Below are positions 1 through 11,737 of a stretch of 64,000 nt of DNA, piece by piece; the first letter of the stretch is position 1; each line of letters starts with the position of its first letter. The translations under genes were made by a program, and so were the position numbers. The notes beneath the pieces were generated by a model. It saw nothing but the letters and a program-made list of their open reading frames with translations, was not told the DNA's origin and ran no database searches. Source of the stretch: an uncultured Verrucomicrobiota bacterium (lineage in GTDB: Bacteria; Verrucomicrobiota; Kiritimatiellia; CAJWTS01); assembly GCA_913047795.1 (NCBI GenBank), contig CAJWTS010000011.1, positions 5,232 through 69,231 of the forward strand, given 5' to 3'.

Positions 1-814
1 GGCGGAGACGGATGGGATCCCCGGTGACTGCGATGCGTTGATCGTGGCCGGCCCCACGACGCAGGTGCCTGACGCGGAGGTCGAACATATTTCGCGGTTC
101 CTGGATCGCAACGGAAGGGTGATGATCCTTGTCGATCCGTTTGTGCGATCGGGACTTGAGTTGCTGCTCGACGGGTGGGGTGTGCGTCTCGCGACCGACG
201 TTGTCATCGACCGCGTTTCGCTTACCGGCGGGCGCGAGTTCTATGTCGGCCGCTACGGGCGGCACAAGATTACGACGAGCCTGAAGAACGTGGCCACGAT
301 ATTTTCGATGCCGCGCTCGGTGGAGCCGCAGGTCTCGCGCGAGGTTCCTGACTCGGAGCGTAGCGACAAGCCGCGTGTGCAGATCCTTGCGTTGACGTCC
401 AAGAGTAGTTGGGCCAAGCGGGATTTCAGGCGCAAGTCGCTCAGTTTCGATCCCGACGTCGATCGACTCGGACCGGTCTCGCTCGCGGTGGCCGTTGAGA
501 AGGGCGCCGTGGAGGGGGTCGATGTGGCGCTTGAGCCCAGCCGGATTGTTGTCGTGGGTGATTCGGATCTTGGCGCGAACCAGTCGCTGGACAGCGGCGC
601 GGGCGGCAACGAAGATTTCTTTATGAATTGTTTGAACTGGCTGTTGGCGCGCGAGTCCCTACTTGCTATTTCGCCGAAACCGCTCGGGTCTGCGATCTAT
701 CAGGCCTCGCGCGACCAATTCGGATGGACGCTTGCGGCACTGGTGGGCGGAATTCCCCTTTGTGTCTGTATGCTGGGCGTATTGATATGGGTGGGGCGCC
801 GGCGTGGATCGTGA
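1..814 (+). CDS. GldG-like ABC transporter auxiliary component, 5'-partial (continues upstream of window), C-terminal TM anchor
   Basis: ORF open at the window edge. C-terminal block VVVGDSDLGANQ...GNEDFFMNCLNWL followed by a hydrophobic helix is typical of GldG / ABC_transp_aux proteins. Confidence 0.55.
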   Translation, partial: AETDGIPGDCDALIVAGPTTQVPDAEVEHISRFLDRNGRVMILVDPFVRSGLELLLDGWGVRLATDVVIDRVSLTGGREFYVGRYGRHKITTSLKNVATIFSMPRSVEPQVSREVPDSERSDKPRVQILALTSKSSWAKRDFRRKSLSFDPDVDRLGPVSLAVAVEKGAVEGVDVALEPSRIVVVGDSDLGANQSLDSGAGGNEDFFMNCLNWLLARESLLAISPKPLGSAIYQASRDQFGWTLAALVGGIPLCVCMLGVLIWVGRRRGS

Positions 815-860
815 TCAGCCCGACGCCCGTCGAGTCCGCCGGGACGGGCCGGAGTAGGAT

Positions 861-2726
861 ATGACCGGGAAAACAACGTTTCGATTGTTCGTCATCGTCT
901 GCCTCATGGGGGCGTTCGTCTGGGCCGTGCGCCGTGAAAAGAGCGTCGACCCGGGGCCCGATGTAGTCGTGGCGGGCATGCGCTCCGACGAAATACGGGA
1001 GCTTCGCCTGCGCATGCGCGATGTCGATATGACCTGTCGCAAAGTGGGTCACGGGTGGCAAGTCGTGCGGCCGGTGTCGACGCGTGGGAATTCAGCCTTT
1101 ATCGAACGCTTGCTGGTCATGGTTGAAGAGTTGCCCCGGCTGGAAACGGTTGGGTCTGCGGATATGCACCACCGCTTTCTGACGCTGTCCGATTACGCGC
1201 TTGAAGAACCGCGTGTCAGGATTGACCTGGTTCAGGACGATCGCACCTGGGAATTGCAGGTCGGCCGTCTGTCGCCGCTGGGCGACGTGCTTTACGTCAA
1301 GCTCGCGGCCGAGGATAACGTGATTGCAACCTCGACCAATCTGTTCGTCGCTCTGCCGGCGGACGTGTCGGAGTTACGGGATCGCGGACTTTTTCAGCGC
1401 GATCCAGGCCAGGTCGAGCGCCTCGAACTGGAACGGGCAGGTCAGAGTTTCGTGCGCGTCGTGAGAGCGAATGACGGCTGGTATCTGAGACAGCCGATGG
1501 ATGTGCGGGCCGATGGACAGCGCGTCGCCGGGTTGCTCGATCAACTCTATACGTTGCGCGCGCAGTCGTTTGTGTGGGATCCGCGTCCCGGCGATACGAC
1601 TGACGAGCCCGAAGTTTACGGTACACGACCGGACCAGGCGGCGATGCAGATTCGCATTTGGCACAAGGGTAGCGCGACGCCTTCAGAGGTGGTGATTGGC
1701 AAGGCGATCGACGAGTGGAAGGGTTACTATGCGAGCGCACGCGATCTGAATGGAATCGTGGCGATCACGAGCAGCGTGATCGACGCGGTTGCGCAGATTC
1801 CAGGCGATACCTTGCGGGAGCGTCGAATATTGACGACGCATGCGGAGTGGGTCACCGCGATTCACGTCGAAGAGAATGATCGTCGCTTGAGTTTGCGGCG
1901 CGATAGGAAGGGGCCGTGGCAGATCGAAGCGCCGGTCCAGTGGCCTGCCGACGGGGAGAACGTACAGCGGTTTCTCGCCGCGATTACATTGATCCAGGCG
2001 GAGACATTCCACGAGGGCACGAACCTTGCCGCCTATGGACTCGCCCCGGCTGCTGCTACCGTGGAATTGCTCAGCGAGGGTCTGAGGCAGGGGCAGTCCA
2101 GGGATGATCCCCCGCGCGGTCAGCGGCTTGTCATCGGTACGACCGTCACTCAGGGCGTAACCTACGTGAAGTTGGATGATGCGGAGACGATCTTCGGTGT
2201 CGCGGCTGACAACATCGCCGGACTCTGGCCGCACCTTGCAGAATCGAGCGATCGCAGCCGCGTGAATCCGCTACTGTTACGCGATCGTTCGATGTTGACC
2301 GTGAATCCGGATGCGGTTCGTGGGTTGACGCTGCGTAAGGACGGCGTGTCCCGGAGTGTGCAGCGCTCCGGGGACGGCCAATGGCGCGTCGGGGATGAGG
2401 CGGACGGCTCGGTAGTCCAGGAGGCGGTGATCGACGTTTTGATCGCACTCGCCCGACTGCGAGCGCTGCGGATCGAGGCGCACAACGAGACGAACCTGGC
2501 GCGGTTTGGACTGGATGAGCCCGCCATCACGCTCACCGTTGCACTCGACGCCAGCGAGGGAATCCAGAAAATCATCATGATCGGTTTCCGGGCAAGGACG
2601 GACGGGGTCTATGCCATGGTCCAGGGCACGGATCTCGTTTTTGTGCTCGAGGCGCGCGTGGCTGCCACATTGATGCGGGATCTCGTGGGGCCGCGCGCTC
2701 CGGCGAACGGGGATGAAGGGTTCTGA
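861..2726 (+). CDS. DUF4340 domain protein (usual partner of GldG-like auxiliary components)
   Basis: 621 aa ORF with an N-terminal TM helix (FRLFVIVCLMGAFVWAV). Sits directly downstream of the GldG-like gene, the conserved position for DUF4340. Confidence 0.5.
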   Translation: MTGKTTFRLFVIVCLMGAFVWAVRREKSVDPGPDVVVAGMRSDEIRELRLRMRDVDMTCRKVGHGWQVVRPVSTRGNSAFIERLLVMVEELPRLETVGSADMHHRFLTLSDYALEEPRVRIDLVQDDRTWELQVGRLSPLGDVLYVKLAAEDNVIATSTNLFVALPADVSELRDRGLFQRDPGQVERLELERAGQSFVRVVRANDGWYLRQPMDVRADGQRVAGLLDQLYTLRAQSFVWDPRPGDTTDEPEVYGTRPDQAAMQIRIWHKGSATPSEVVIGKAIDEWKGYYASARDLNGIVAITSSVIDAVAQIPGDTLRERRILTTHAEWVTAIHVEENDRRLSLRRDRKGPWQIEAPVQWPADGENVQRFLAAITLIQAETFHEGTNLAAYGLAPAAATVELLSEGLRQGQSRDDPPRGQRLVIGTTVTQGVTYVKLDDAETIFGVAADNIAGLWPHLAESSDRSRVNPLLLRDRSMLTVNPDAVRGLTLRKDGVSRSVQRSGDGQWRVGDEADGSVVQEAVIDVLIALARLRALRIEAHNETNLARFGLDEPAITLTVALDASEGIQKIIMIGFRARTDGVYAMVQGTDLVFVLEARVAATLMRDLVGPRAPANGDEGF

Positions 2727-4644
2727 CGTGGCCCGCCGGCAACAGGGATCGCGCGTATCGCGCGCCGCGTGCTGGTTGCTTGGCCTGCTGCTTAAAACCC
2801 TGAGATACGTGGGGGTCCTCCTGGTTCTGCTTGCGATCGCATTCACCTGGTACGGATTGCCCACGCCGATCACCGCACATCTTATGCGTAACGTCGATAC
2901 GGGGAATCTCGCCGTCAATGCGCGGCGGGTTCAACTCGATCTTCGCCACGGCCTGCGTTTTCGCGACGCAATGATTTATAGAAAAGGCGACATTGGCCCG
3001 CCGGTGATGGAGGCCGCGGACCTCGTTCTTTCGATCAGTCCGATGGCGCTGTGGCGTGGCGGGCAACCCTTGCGCGGCATGATCCTGAGGGACGGCACCC
3101 TGCGACGCAGCAAGGGAGGGCGACCGCGGGGGTCTGCGCGCGATCCGCTGACGCTCTGGCTCGAGATCGAAGATTGTGAGGTGTTGGGTATCTGGATTGA
3201 ATCCGCGAACCTGACCTATCGCACCAACGCGCGCGACATCTGGTACGACAACATGCATGGCATCGCCGGCAAGGGTGACGGCAGTGGTCCCTTCAGCGCC
3301 TCGGTTCACCTGAACACAGCGGAACGGAAGTACGACGGTCATGTTCAGGCGCGGATCGACCTGGCTTCCTTTCATGGATTTTTCGAAGCGTTCGGTCTGG
3401 ACACGGTGATCGACTTCACGCAGCGCTTCACCTTTGAAAACGAAATGCCATCCGGCACGGTGGACTTCGCGGGTGCCATTGGTTCCCCCGGGTTCATCGA
3501 CGTCAGCGGGAAATTCGACATGCCGAATACGCGTTATCGCGACACGGCCTGCGATCGTTTTCTTGCCACGTTCAATGTCTTCATGTCCGGAACCAATCGC
3601 ACGATTCGCGTCGATCCCGTAACCATCGTTCGCGATGAGAAGGTCATGGAGGCCGCGTTTACGCTTTATCCCGTGCCGGGCGTGATCGACTTCAAATTGG
3701 ATTCTACCCTTCAGCCCGAGATGGCGGCCCGGATGATGGATCCGGGGCTGGTAAAATTGTTAAAACCGTTCACCTTTGGCGAATCGACCACGGTAGATGC
3801 GCGCGGTCACCTGCGGCCCGGCTTCCTCGACGAAACAAGTATCAGCGGGGAGATCCACGGAACCGGCCTGGGATGGGGGCACTACCAGACCGACGTCTGC
3901 CGCTTCGCGCTTGATATTAGCGGGCGCACGACATCGGTCAACCGCATCGAGGGTGAAATCTATGGAGGTAAGGTTACCGGTCGCGTCCGAATCTATCCGG
4001 ATGAGACCGGGACCAACCATCACTACGCGGTTGCCGGGCGACTCGAGGCTGTCCGTCTGAAAGATCTGATTGAGAGCTCCGCAGGTAAGGAGGTTGTTAA
4101 CCTGGAGGGACGGCTGACTGTGACCGGCTACGTACGCGGAATGACGGCATCCGGGCTGGGGCCGCCGGCGGATGGCAGGTTCAAGGCCAGCGTTCGGAAG
4201 GGGCGCCTGTTTCGCGTGCCGCTATTCGGAGGTCTGACCGAACTGATGGCCCGTTGGATCCCGGGATTGAGTGGAATCGCGCGACAACAGGAGGCGTCTG
4301 CGACGTTCGAAATCAGGGACGGGGCGGCGCATACAAAAAAGTTGCAGATTGACGGCAACGTATTGCGTTTGTCAGCCGAGGGGCGCTACCGTTTCGACCG
4401 CCACCTGGATTTCGACGTCCATGTTACGCTTGCCAAGAAAGGCTTGGTAAGGGATATCCTTCGGTTTCCGATCGAGCTACTCAACGAGACGTTCTTTGAG
4501 ATTGTCCTGACGGGGACGACGAAGGATCCGAACTGGTACCTCAAGCGATTCTCGCGCGATCTGTTCAAAAAACTGGGATTCTTCGATAAAAAGGATAAGG
4601 ATAGCGTAGATCCGAAGGGGCAGGCACAAGAGGAAGGTGACTAA
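2713..4644 (+). CDS. AsmA/TamB-like large membrane-anchored protein
   Basis: 643 aa with an N-terminal TM helix (LLGLLLKTLRYVGVLLVLLAIAF) and an extended beta-rich body. C-terminal region resembles the AsmA-like C-terminal domain. Overlaps the upstream gene by 14 bp. Confidence 0.4.
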   Translation: MKGSDVARRQQGSRVSRAACWLLGLLLKTLRYVGVLLVLLAIAFTWYGLPTPITAHLMRNVDTGNLAVNARRVQLDLRHGLRFRDAMIYRKGDIGPPVMEAADLVLSISPMALWRGGQPLRGMILRDGTLRRSKGGRPRGSARDPLTLWLEIEDCEVLGIWIESANLTYRTNARDIWYDNMHGIAGKGDGSGPFSASVHLNTAERKYDGHVQARIDLASFHGFFEAFGLDTVIDFTQRFTFENEMPSGTVDFAGAIGSPGFIDVSGKFDMPNTRYRDTACDRFLATFNVFMSGTNRTIRVDPVTIVRDEKVMEAAFTLYPVPGVIDFKLDSTLQPEMAARMMDPGLVKLLKPFTFGESTTVDARGHLRPGFLDETSISGEIHGTGLGWGHYQTDVCRFALDISGRTTSVNRIEGEIYGGKVTGRVRIYPDETGTNHHYAVAGRLEAVRLKDLIESSAGKEVVNLEGRLTVTGYVRGMTASGLGPPADGRFKASVRKGRLFRVPLFGGLTELMARWIPGLSGIARQQEASATFEIRDGAAHTKKLQIDGNVLRLSAEGRYRFDRHLDFDVHVTLAKKGLVRDILRFPIELLNETFFEIVLTGTTKDPNWYLKRFSRDLFKKLGFFDKKDKDSVDPKGQAQEEGD

Positions 4645-5188
4645 AGCGATGACGTTATCAGCGATGAGCATCTGGCTGGGGGCCGCGCTGGCGCTTGCAC
4701 ACGGCGTCGCGCTATTGAACCCGTCCCTCGCCCGGCAGTGGATACGATCCTTCCCGCGCAGCCGCATCGCGGCGTGGATTCTAACCGCTGTGGACGTGGC
4801 CTGGGTTGCCTTTCTGCTTTACGATGCCAATGTCGAGTTGATCCACCGCGTGCGCTGGATTATCCCGTATCTCGCCCCGGTTGCGTACGTCATGATCATT
4901 TTCTGCATGAATGAATTGCTCGCCCCACGGGCGCTCGGCGGCCTGCTGTTGCTCCTGCCGGCCCCGATGCTCGACGCCGCGCGCTGGCACGCGTCGCCCT
5001 GGCGACTGGTTATTATTCTGCTGGCCTACTTGTGGGTTGTTGAGGGTGGCATCCTCGTATTGAGTCCGTATCGCTTCCGACGCTGGTTGGCCGGTTGGGT
5101 CGCCAACGACGGTCGTTGCCGCCTGGGCGGCGCGTTGGGGCTTGGATTCGGCGTGGTCCTCGTGCTGCTCGGATTCAGCTTGTACTGA
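4637..5188 (+). CDS. hypothetical polytopic membrane protein
   Basis: 183 aa with several hydrophobic helices and a start overlapping the upstream stop. No recognisable family. Confidence 0.4.
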   Translation: MTKAMTLSAMSIWLGAALALAHGVALLNPSLARQWIRSFPRSRIAAWILTAVDVAWVAFLLYDANVELIHRVRWIIPYLAPVAYVMIIFCMNELLAPRALGGLLLLLPAPMLDAARWHASPWRLVIILLAYLWVVEGGILVLSPYRFRRWLAGWVANDGRCRLGGALGLGFGVVLVLLGFSLY

Positions 5189-5211
5189 TCGGTTGGGGAC
5201 GGCCTCGCGAC

Positions 5212-6530
<1,319 letters not shown>

Positions 6531-6531
<1 letters not shown>

Positions 6532-8066
6532 TACGTGCCTCCCCCTGTCGCGGCCGGCCGGGCGGTGCGGGTGATGACGTGTGGGCTGGGCGGAACGACG
6601 CGCCCCGGAAACTCGGATGCACTCAGCCGCTCCAGCTCGGCAACCATGGCGTGGCCGAGCACGTGTTCGATTTGATCCGCATTGCTGTCGACGTGAATCG
6701 GGGCGATATCCGCGTGCGTGATCAGGTATGTCTCCCAGAGTCGATGATTGCGAACGACCCGTTCGGCTGCCGCCAGTCCCTCGATCGTAAGCTGCACGCG
6801 ACCTCCGCCGCCCGTTCGGATCAGGTCGTCACGCCGCGCGCGGCGCATCGCCCGGCGTAGGACACCGTGGGTCCAGGACTGCTCCTGCATGAGTTCGCCC
6901 AATGGCATGCCGGAGCGCACCACGGCGTCGGTTGCCGGTTTGCCAGGGACGGCATGCTCCTCGTTCCACTCGAATAGCGCGCGCAGCAAGTGCTGGCGTT
7001 CAACCGTGCGCCGCACGCGACGGTGTCGCGCCGTGCCGTGCACCACACCGCGCGCGGATCCAAAGATCATGCTGATGATAAAGAGGCCGGTGGCCACCAC
7101 GACGATGACGGCACCGGCCGGTATGCGCGGGGCGAGCGCGCTGATACAGGCGCCTAGCAGGCAGCTCACTTCACCGATGAGCGCCGCAATCAGAATCAGC
7201 CGGCCGAGCTTATACGTCCAAAACCTCGCGGCCGCCGCCGGAATAATCAGCAGGGCGATCATCAGGATGAGTCCGACCGCCTGCAGGCCGATCACCGTAA
7301 CGACCACGACGAGGCTCATCATGATAATGTCCAGTTTAACGCTGGGGCGGCCCTGCGCGTTGCTGTAGTCCTGGTCGAAACAGACCAGCGAAAACTCTTT
7401 GAAGAAGATTGTGGCAAGAAAGATGACGACCAGCGCTGCGGCGCCGATCAGCCATGCGTCTGAGGCGAGCATGGACGCCGTCTTGCCGTAGATAAAGGAC
7501 TCGAGCCCGGCGGCATGCCCGACGTTGAGTTGTTGAATGATGCCCAATAGGGCCACGCCAAGGCCGAAGAAGACGCTGAGCACGATGCCGAGCGCCGCGT
7601 CTTCCTTGAGACGGGTCTGGGTGCGAATCAGCAGAACGAGACCCATGCCGATCATTCCGAACACGAGCGCGCCGGTCAACAGGCCCGGCAGGAATTTCCC
7701 GCTGCCACCGTAGGACGTCATGACCAGAAATGCGACGCCGATACCCGGCAGAGTCGCGTGGCTGATGGCGTCGCCCATCAACGCGCGCCTGCGCAGCAGC
7801 ATGAAAGAACCGACGATTCCGGCCGCGATGCCGAGCATCATTGATCCAAGTGCGACGACCCGCAGGTTGTAATCGTCGAAGCTCAGTACGCGGACGAGTT
7901 TCTCAACGGTCGGCAGTGCTACCGTGGTATCGGTGATCGACCGTGTTTCGACGGCTTCAGCCCCCGGCAAGGCAAGCGTTAGGCCAAGCAGGATCAATGC
8001 GGCCGTGTACAATCGACGAACGCCGGCCGGCCGGCGGCGCGTATGCTTGTTGTGTCCTGGATTCAT
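6531..8066 (-). CDS. ABC-3 family metal transporter permease with C-terminally fused DtxR-like repressor domain; N-terminal signal-like extension
   Basis: Permease core carries LMGDAISHATLPGIGVAF. C-terminal domain carries RQHLLRALFEWNEE..., HRLWETYLITH..., ADQIEHVLGHAMVAELERL (DtxR HTH plus metal-binding/dimerisation). Stop and start overlap with the downstream permease. Confidence 0.75.
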
Positions 8067-8165
8067 GCGTCCTGGTTCCGGGGCCTCGTTCGTCTCTGCG
8101 GGTCTCCGTTCGGTTGCTGTCGTGACACCGGGATAAAGGCCATTGGATAAGCGGCCGGGCGCCGA

Positions 8166-8993
8166 CTAGCGTCGGCGCGCACGGGCGAGGGCGTGTCCTG
8201 CCTCGTCAAGCAACGTCAACTTTCCGCCGTATGTCTTCTGGAGCATTTCCGGTGTGAAGACATCGCGCGTCGGTCCGGCGGCAACGATGCGCATATTGAG
8301 CAGCACAACTTCGTCAAAATACTCCGGCACGGTCTGAAGATCGTGATGGACACAGAGCACGGTCTTGCCGTTCGCGAGCAGATCCTGCAGCAGGGTGATG
8401 ATGGCCTTTTCGGTTGCTGCGTCGACGCCCGAGAACGGTTCGTCCATGAAATAAAGTTGCGCATCCTGTACCAGCGCGCGGGCGAGGAAGATGCGCTGTT
8501 GCTGTCCGCCCGATAGTTGGCTGATCTGGCGCGACGCGTAGTCTGCCATGCCCACACGGTCCATGGCGTTGCGTGCGGCTTCGCGGTGGGTGCGCGTCAC
8601 GGGCCGGCACCAGCCGATCTTGGCGTAGCGGCCCATTGTCACGACGTCCAACGCGGTGACCGGGAAATCCCAGTCAACACTTTCGCGCTGCGGGACGTAT
8701 CCGACGAGATGCCGCTGCTGGGCGTAGGGATGGCCGTAGATCAGAACGCGTCCCGATGCGCGTGGCACCAGATCGAGAACGGATTTGATCAGGGTGCTTT
8801 TGCCCGCGCCGTTGGGCCCGATAATGCCGATAAGCTTTTTCTCCGGCGCGTCGTATTCGATATCCCAGAGGACCGGCTTGTGGTGATAGGCGACCGTCAT
8901 GTCGTCGATCGACAACGGTGCGTTCTCCGGATGTTCGGTTCCGAGCGTGCGATCTTCCGCGCGCTCGCGGGATAGTATGCCGGTGATTGCCAT
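8166..8993 (-). CDS. metal ABC transporter ATP-binding protein (TroB/MntA/ZnuC-like)
   Basis: Walker A GPNGAGKST, ABC signature LSGGQQQR, Walker B LYFMDEP. Lies in an operon with the SBP and permeases. Confidence 0.85.
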   Translation of the reverse strand: MAITGILSRERAEDRTLGTEHPENAPLSIDDMTVAYHHKPVLWDIEYDAPEKKLIGIIGPNGAGKSTLIKSVLDLVPRASGRVLIYGHPYAQQRHLVGYVPQRESVDWDFPVTALDVVTMGRYAKIGWCRPVTRTHREAARNAMDRVGMADYASRQISQLSGGQQQRIFLARALVQDAQLYFMDEPFSGVDAATEKAIITLLQDLLANGKTVLCVHHDLQTVPEYFDEVVLLNMRIVAAGPTRDVFTPEMLQKTYGGKLTLLDEAGHALARARRR

Positions 8994-9013
8994 GATGCGT
9001 GCTTCCGGATTTT

Positions 9014-10009
9014 CTAGTGCACGGCCTTCAAACTCAGGCGGCCGTTCAGTCCCTTTTCGGGCGCTTGGCCGCCAAGTGCGCGGGTGACGGTCGTGACGTT
9101 GTGATCGATCATGCCGATATAGGTTCCCTCATAAGTGCCTGCGGTTCCCATGGCGTCTGAGAACAGGGATCCGCCGATCCTGACTTCGTGCCCGCGTGCC
9201 CGCGCGCCCTCCTGCAGGGCTCGAATGTTCTTATCTGAAACGCTTGTCTCGACAAAAACGGCCCGGACGTTGCGGTCAACGATCTTGTCGACAAGCCGGC
9301 GAATGTCTTCCAGTCCGGCTTCCGATTCGGTGGAGATGCCCTGGATACCCAACACTTCAATATCGTAAGCGCGGCCGAAATAATTGAAGGCATCATGGGC
9401 CGTGATGAGAATACGGGACGTTTGGGGTATCGATTGAATCGCTGTTCTGGCGTAGGCATTGAGTTTCTCTAGCTGCTCCTTGTAGGCCTGTGCATTGGCG
9501 GCATACGTCGCGGCGTTGGGTGAATCGAAGGAGCTGAGGGCATCGCGCACGGCATCGACCGCCTTGATCCACCCGTTAGCGTCCATCCAGAGGTGGGGAT
9601 CGTAGTGACCCGCGAATTCGGGGGGTTCCAGGAGATATTCCGGGTCGACCAACTCGGTGACGGCAAAAACCGGCTTTTTCCCCGCGACCTTGATCAGGGT
9701 GTCCGTCATCTTCCCTTCGAGCATGAGCCCGCTGTAGAACACAACGTCGGCGCTCATGAGTTTGGCCACGTCGTTGCGCGTCGGCTTGTAGAGATGCGGA
9801 TCCACGCCGGTCCCGACGATACCCGTAATCTCGGCAACGTTCCCGGCTACCTGCCTGACGATATCTGCGACCATGCCGATTGTCGCGGTGACGTGGTAGG
9901 GGTAATCGCGTTCGAACGTGCCTTCGACCGGCGCGGGATTGCGCGAACAGGACGTCGCGAGGAGCAGTCCGAGACCGCATGCGAGTAGGTTGCGAACGTT
10001 GATATTCAT
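9014..10009 (-). CDS. metal ABC transporter substrate-binding lipoprotein (TroA/MntC/ZnuA cluster A-I family)
   Basis: Lipoprotein signal (LLLATSC). Overall similarity to TroA/PsaA-type SBPs with a helical backbone linker. Stop overlaps the regulator gene (4 bp). Confidence 0.8.
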   Translation of the reverse strand: MNINVRNLLACGLGLLLATSCSRNPAPVEGTFERDYPYHVTATIGMVADIVRQVAGNVAEITGIVGTGVDPHLYKPTRNDVAKLMSADVVFYSGLMLEGKMTDTLIKVAGKKPVFAVTELVDPEYLLEPPEFAGHYDPHLWMDANGWIKAVDAVRDALSSFDSPNAATYAANAQAYKEQLEKLNAYARTAIQSIPQTSRILITAHDAFNYFGRAYDIEVLGIQGISTESEAGLEDIRRLVDKIVDRNVRAVFVETSVSDKNIRALQEGARARGHEVRIGGSLFSDAMGTAGTYEGTYIGMIDHNVTTVTRALGGQAPEKGLNGRLSLKAVH

Positions 10010-10680
10010 CTCTTTTTCCTGGTTGTGGTCGATACGAATACGTGTGGCGTGGCCTCCTCGCCGAGGCTCAACTCCCGACCATCATGCCGAATGGTTAGCG
10101 AGTCTCCGAAGGGTTCACGATTCACGATTTCGATGTCGGTTCCGGGATATAGCTTCAGGTCTCCGAGGTAGCGTAGAAGATCGGAGTCGTCATCATTCAC
10201 CTCCAGGATCCGGACCGTCTGACCGGCATCGATTTCTGACAATGGCATGGAGTCCACACGGGCGATCTGGCCGTCCTTGGTCGGGATGGGGGAGCCGTGC
10301 GGGTCTGTGCTGACATCGTCCAGGGCGGCGGCCATACGGTCCTCGACGTCATCAGAAAGCACGTGCTCGAGTTTCTCGGCTTCTTCATGTACGCGGTCCC
10401 AGGGAACACCCAGTGCTTTAGAGAGGTACAACTCGACCAGGCGATGATGGCGAATGACCTCCAACGCGATCATTTCGCCGTTCGGATGCAGACGTACGCC
10501 CTTGTAAGGAACGTATTGGATGAGTTCCATTTCGGATGACGCCAGCTTCTGCAGCATGTTCGTAACAGATGCCGGACGCTGACCAAGTTTGTCGGCGAGA
10601 ACGGTGGTGGTTACCCAATTATCGCCATCCTGCAGGTGATATATGTTCTTCAGAAAATTCTCTACAGATTGTGAAATCAT
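10006..10680 (-). CDS. DtxR/MntR family metal-dependent transcriptional regulator with C-terminal FeoA/SH3-like domain
   Basis: N-terminal winged HTH (TTVLADKLGQRPASVTNMLQKL), HRLVELYL dimerisation/metal-site motif, and a C-terminal FeoA-like domain (VRILEVNDD...LYPGTDIEIV). First gene of the minus-strand operon. Confidence 0.8.
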   Translation of the reverse strand: MISQSVENFLKNIYHLQDGDNWVTTTVLADKLGQRPASVTNMLQKLASSEMELIQYVPYKGVRLHPNGEMIALEVIRHHRLVELYLSKALGVPWDRVHEEAEKLEHVLSDDVEDRMAAALDDVSTDPHGSPIPTKDGQIARVDSMPLSEIDAGQTVRILEVNDDDSDLLRYLGDLKLYPGTDIEIVNREPFGDSLTIRHDGRELSLGEEATPHVFVSTTTRKKR

Positions 10681-10701
10681 ATTTATCCTTACAAAACTGT
10701 T

Positions 10702-10720
10702 AATTTAGGGGTACCTAAAT
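10702..10720. promoter_or_regulatory. candidate DtxR/MntR operator (near-palindrome AATTTAGGGGTACCTAAAT)
   Basis: TTTAGG-GGTA-CCTAAA inverted repeat 22 bp upstream of the regulator start, in the divergent promoter region. Resembles the DtxR box consensus TWAGGTWAGSCTWACCTWA. Confidence 0.45.
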
Positions 10721-10840
10721 ATAGCCGGGGTGTCAAGCGGTAGGATCGCAAGCTGTTCCGACGTGGCCGGTCGTCATGGCCCTCTCGGCTGGAAATATTG
10801 TAAGGTATGTGTGCACAGAGACGATGACCGCAAGATCATA

Positions 10841-11737
10841 GTGAAAAAGGTGCTCATAAGTGGCGCGCGTGGCTTTGTTGGCACGCCGCTGGCGGCCGCT
10901 CTGCGGGAAGACGGTTATGCCGTCACGGCGCTATCACGTCGTGAGGGTGGAAGCGGCGTGGTTAGCTGGGACCCGGCCGCGGGACGTCTCGCGCCCGAGG
11001 ATGTGACAGGCTTCGATGCCGTCGTGCACCTGGCGGGTGAGGGCATCGCTACCGGCCGCTGGACGACGAAACGTAAACGGCTGATTCGCGACAGCAGGGT
11101 AGGGGGTACCCGCCTGCTGTGCGAGACGCTCGCGGCTGCATCAGCACTGCCGAGCGTTTTCATTTGCGCATCGGCGATCGGATATTACGGCGACCGTGGG
11201 TCGGAGGAACTTAGCGAAGAAAGCGCTGCGGGGAAGGGGTTTCTGGCCGAGGTCTGTCGCGATTGGGAGGCGGAGACGGTTCGACTCGCGGAGGCCGGCG
11301 TTCGGGTGGTCAACGCGCGTATCGGGGTTATACTAGGTCGCACTGGAGGCGCATTGCAACGTATGCTGCTGCCCTTCCGGCTTGGCCTCGGCGGAGTGAT
11401 AGGGGATGGTAACCAAGTGATGAGTTGGATTGCAGTCGAAGATGTTGTGAATGCGATCCGATTCGCGGTCGCGACGGAGGCGCTTTGTGGCCCGGTCAAT
11501 CTCACCGCACCCTCGCCCGTAGCCAATCGCTCCTTTACGAAATCACTCGGGCGCGCCCTGGCGCGGCCGACCGTGTTTCCGATGCCCGCCTTCGTCGCAC
11601 GGATTGCCTTCGGCGAGATGGCCGATGAACTCTTGCTTTCCAGTGCGCATGTTCTTCCGCGCAAGCTTCTCTCCGCCGGCTTCACCTTCAGCCATGCAGA
11701 ACTCGACGATGCCTTGCGTGCCGTTCTTGCGGACTGA
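10841..11737 (+). CDS. TIGR01777/YfcH-like NAD-dependent epimerase family protein (SDR fold + DUF1731)
   Basis: Rossmann motif VLISGARGFVGTPL near the N-terminus. Probable GTG start at 10841 (the listed ORF starts further upstream). TGATG overlap with hemH. Confidence 0.7.
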   Translation: MKKVLISGARGFVGTPLAAALREDGYAVTALSRREGGSGVVSWDPAAGRLAPEDVTGFDAVVHLAGEGIATGRWTTKRKRLIRDSRVGGTRLLCETLAAASALPSVFICASAIGYYGDRGSEELSEESAAGKGFLAEVCRDWEAETVRLAEAGVRVVNARIGVILGRTGGALQRMLLPFRLGLGGVIGDGNQVMSWIAVEDVVNAIRFAVATEALCGPVNLTAPSPVANRSFTKSLGRALARPTVFPMPAFVARIAFGEMADELLLSSAHVLPRKLLSAGFTFSHAELDDALRAVLAD

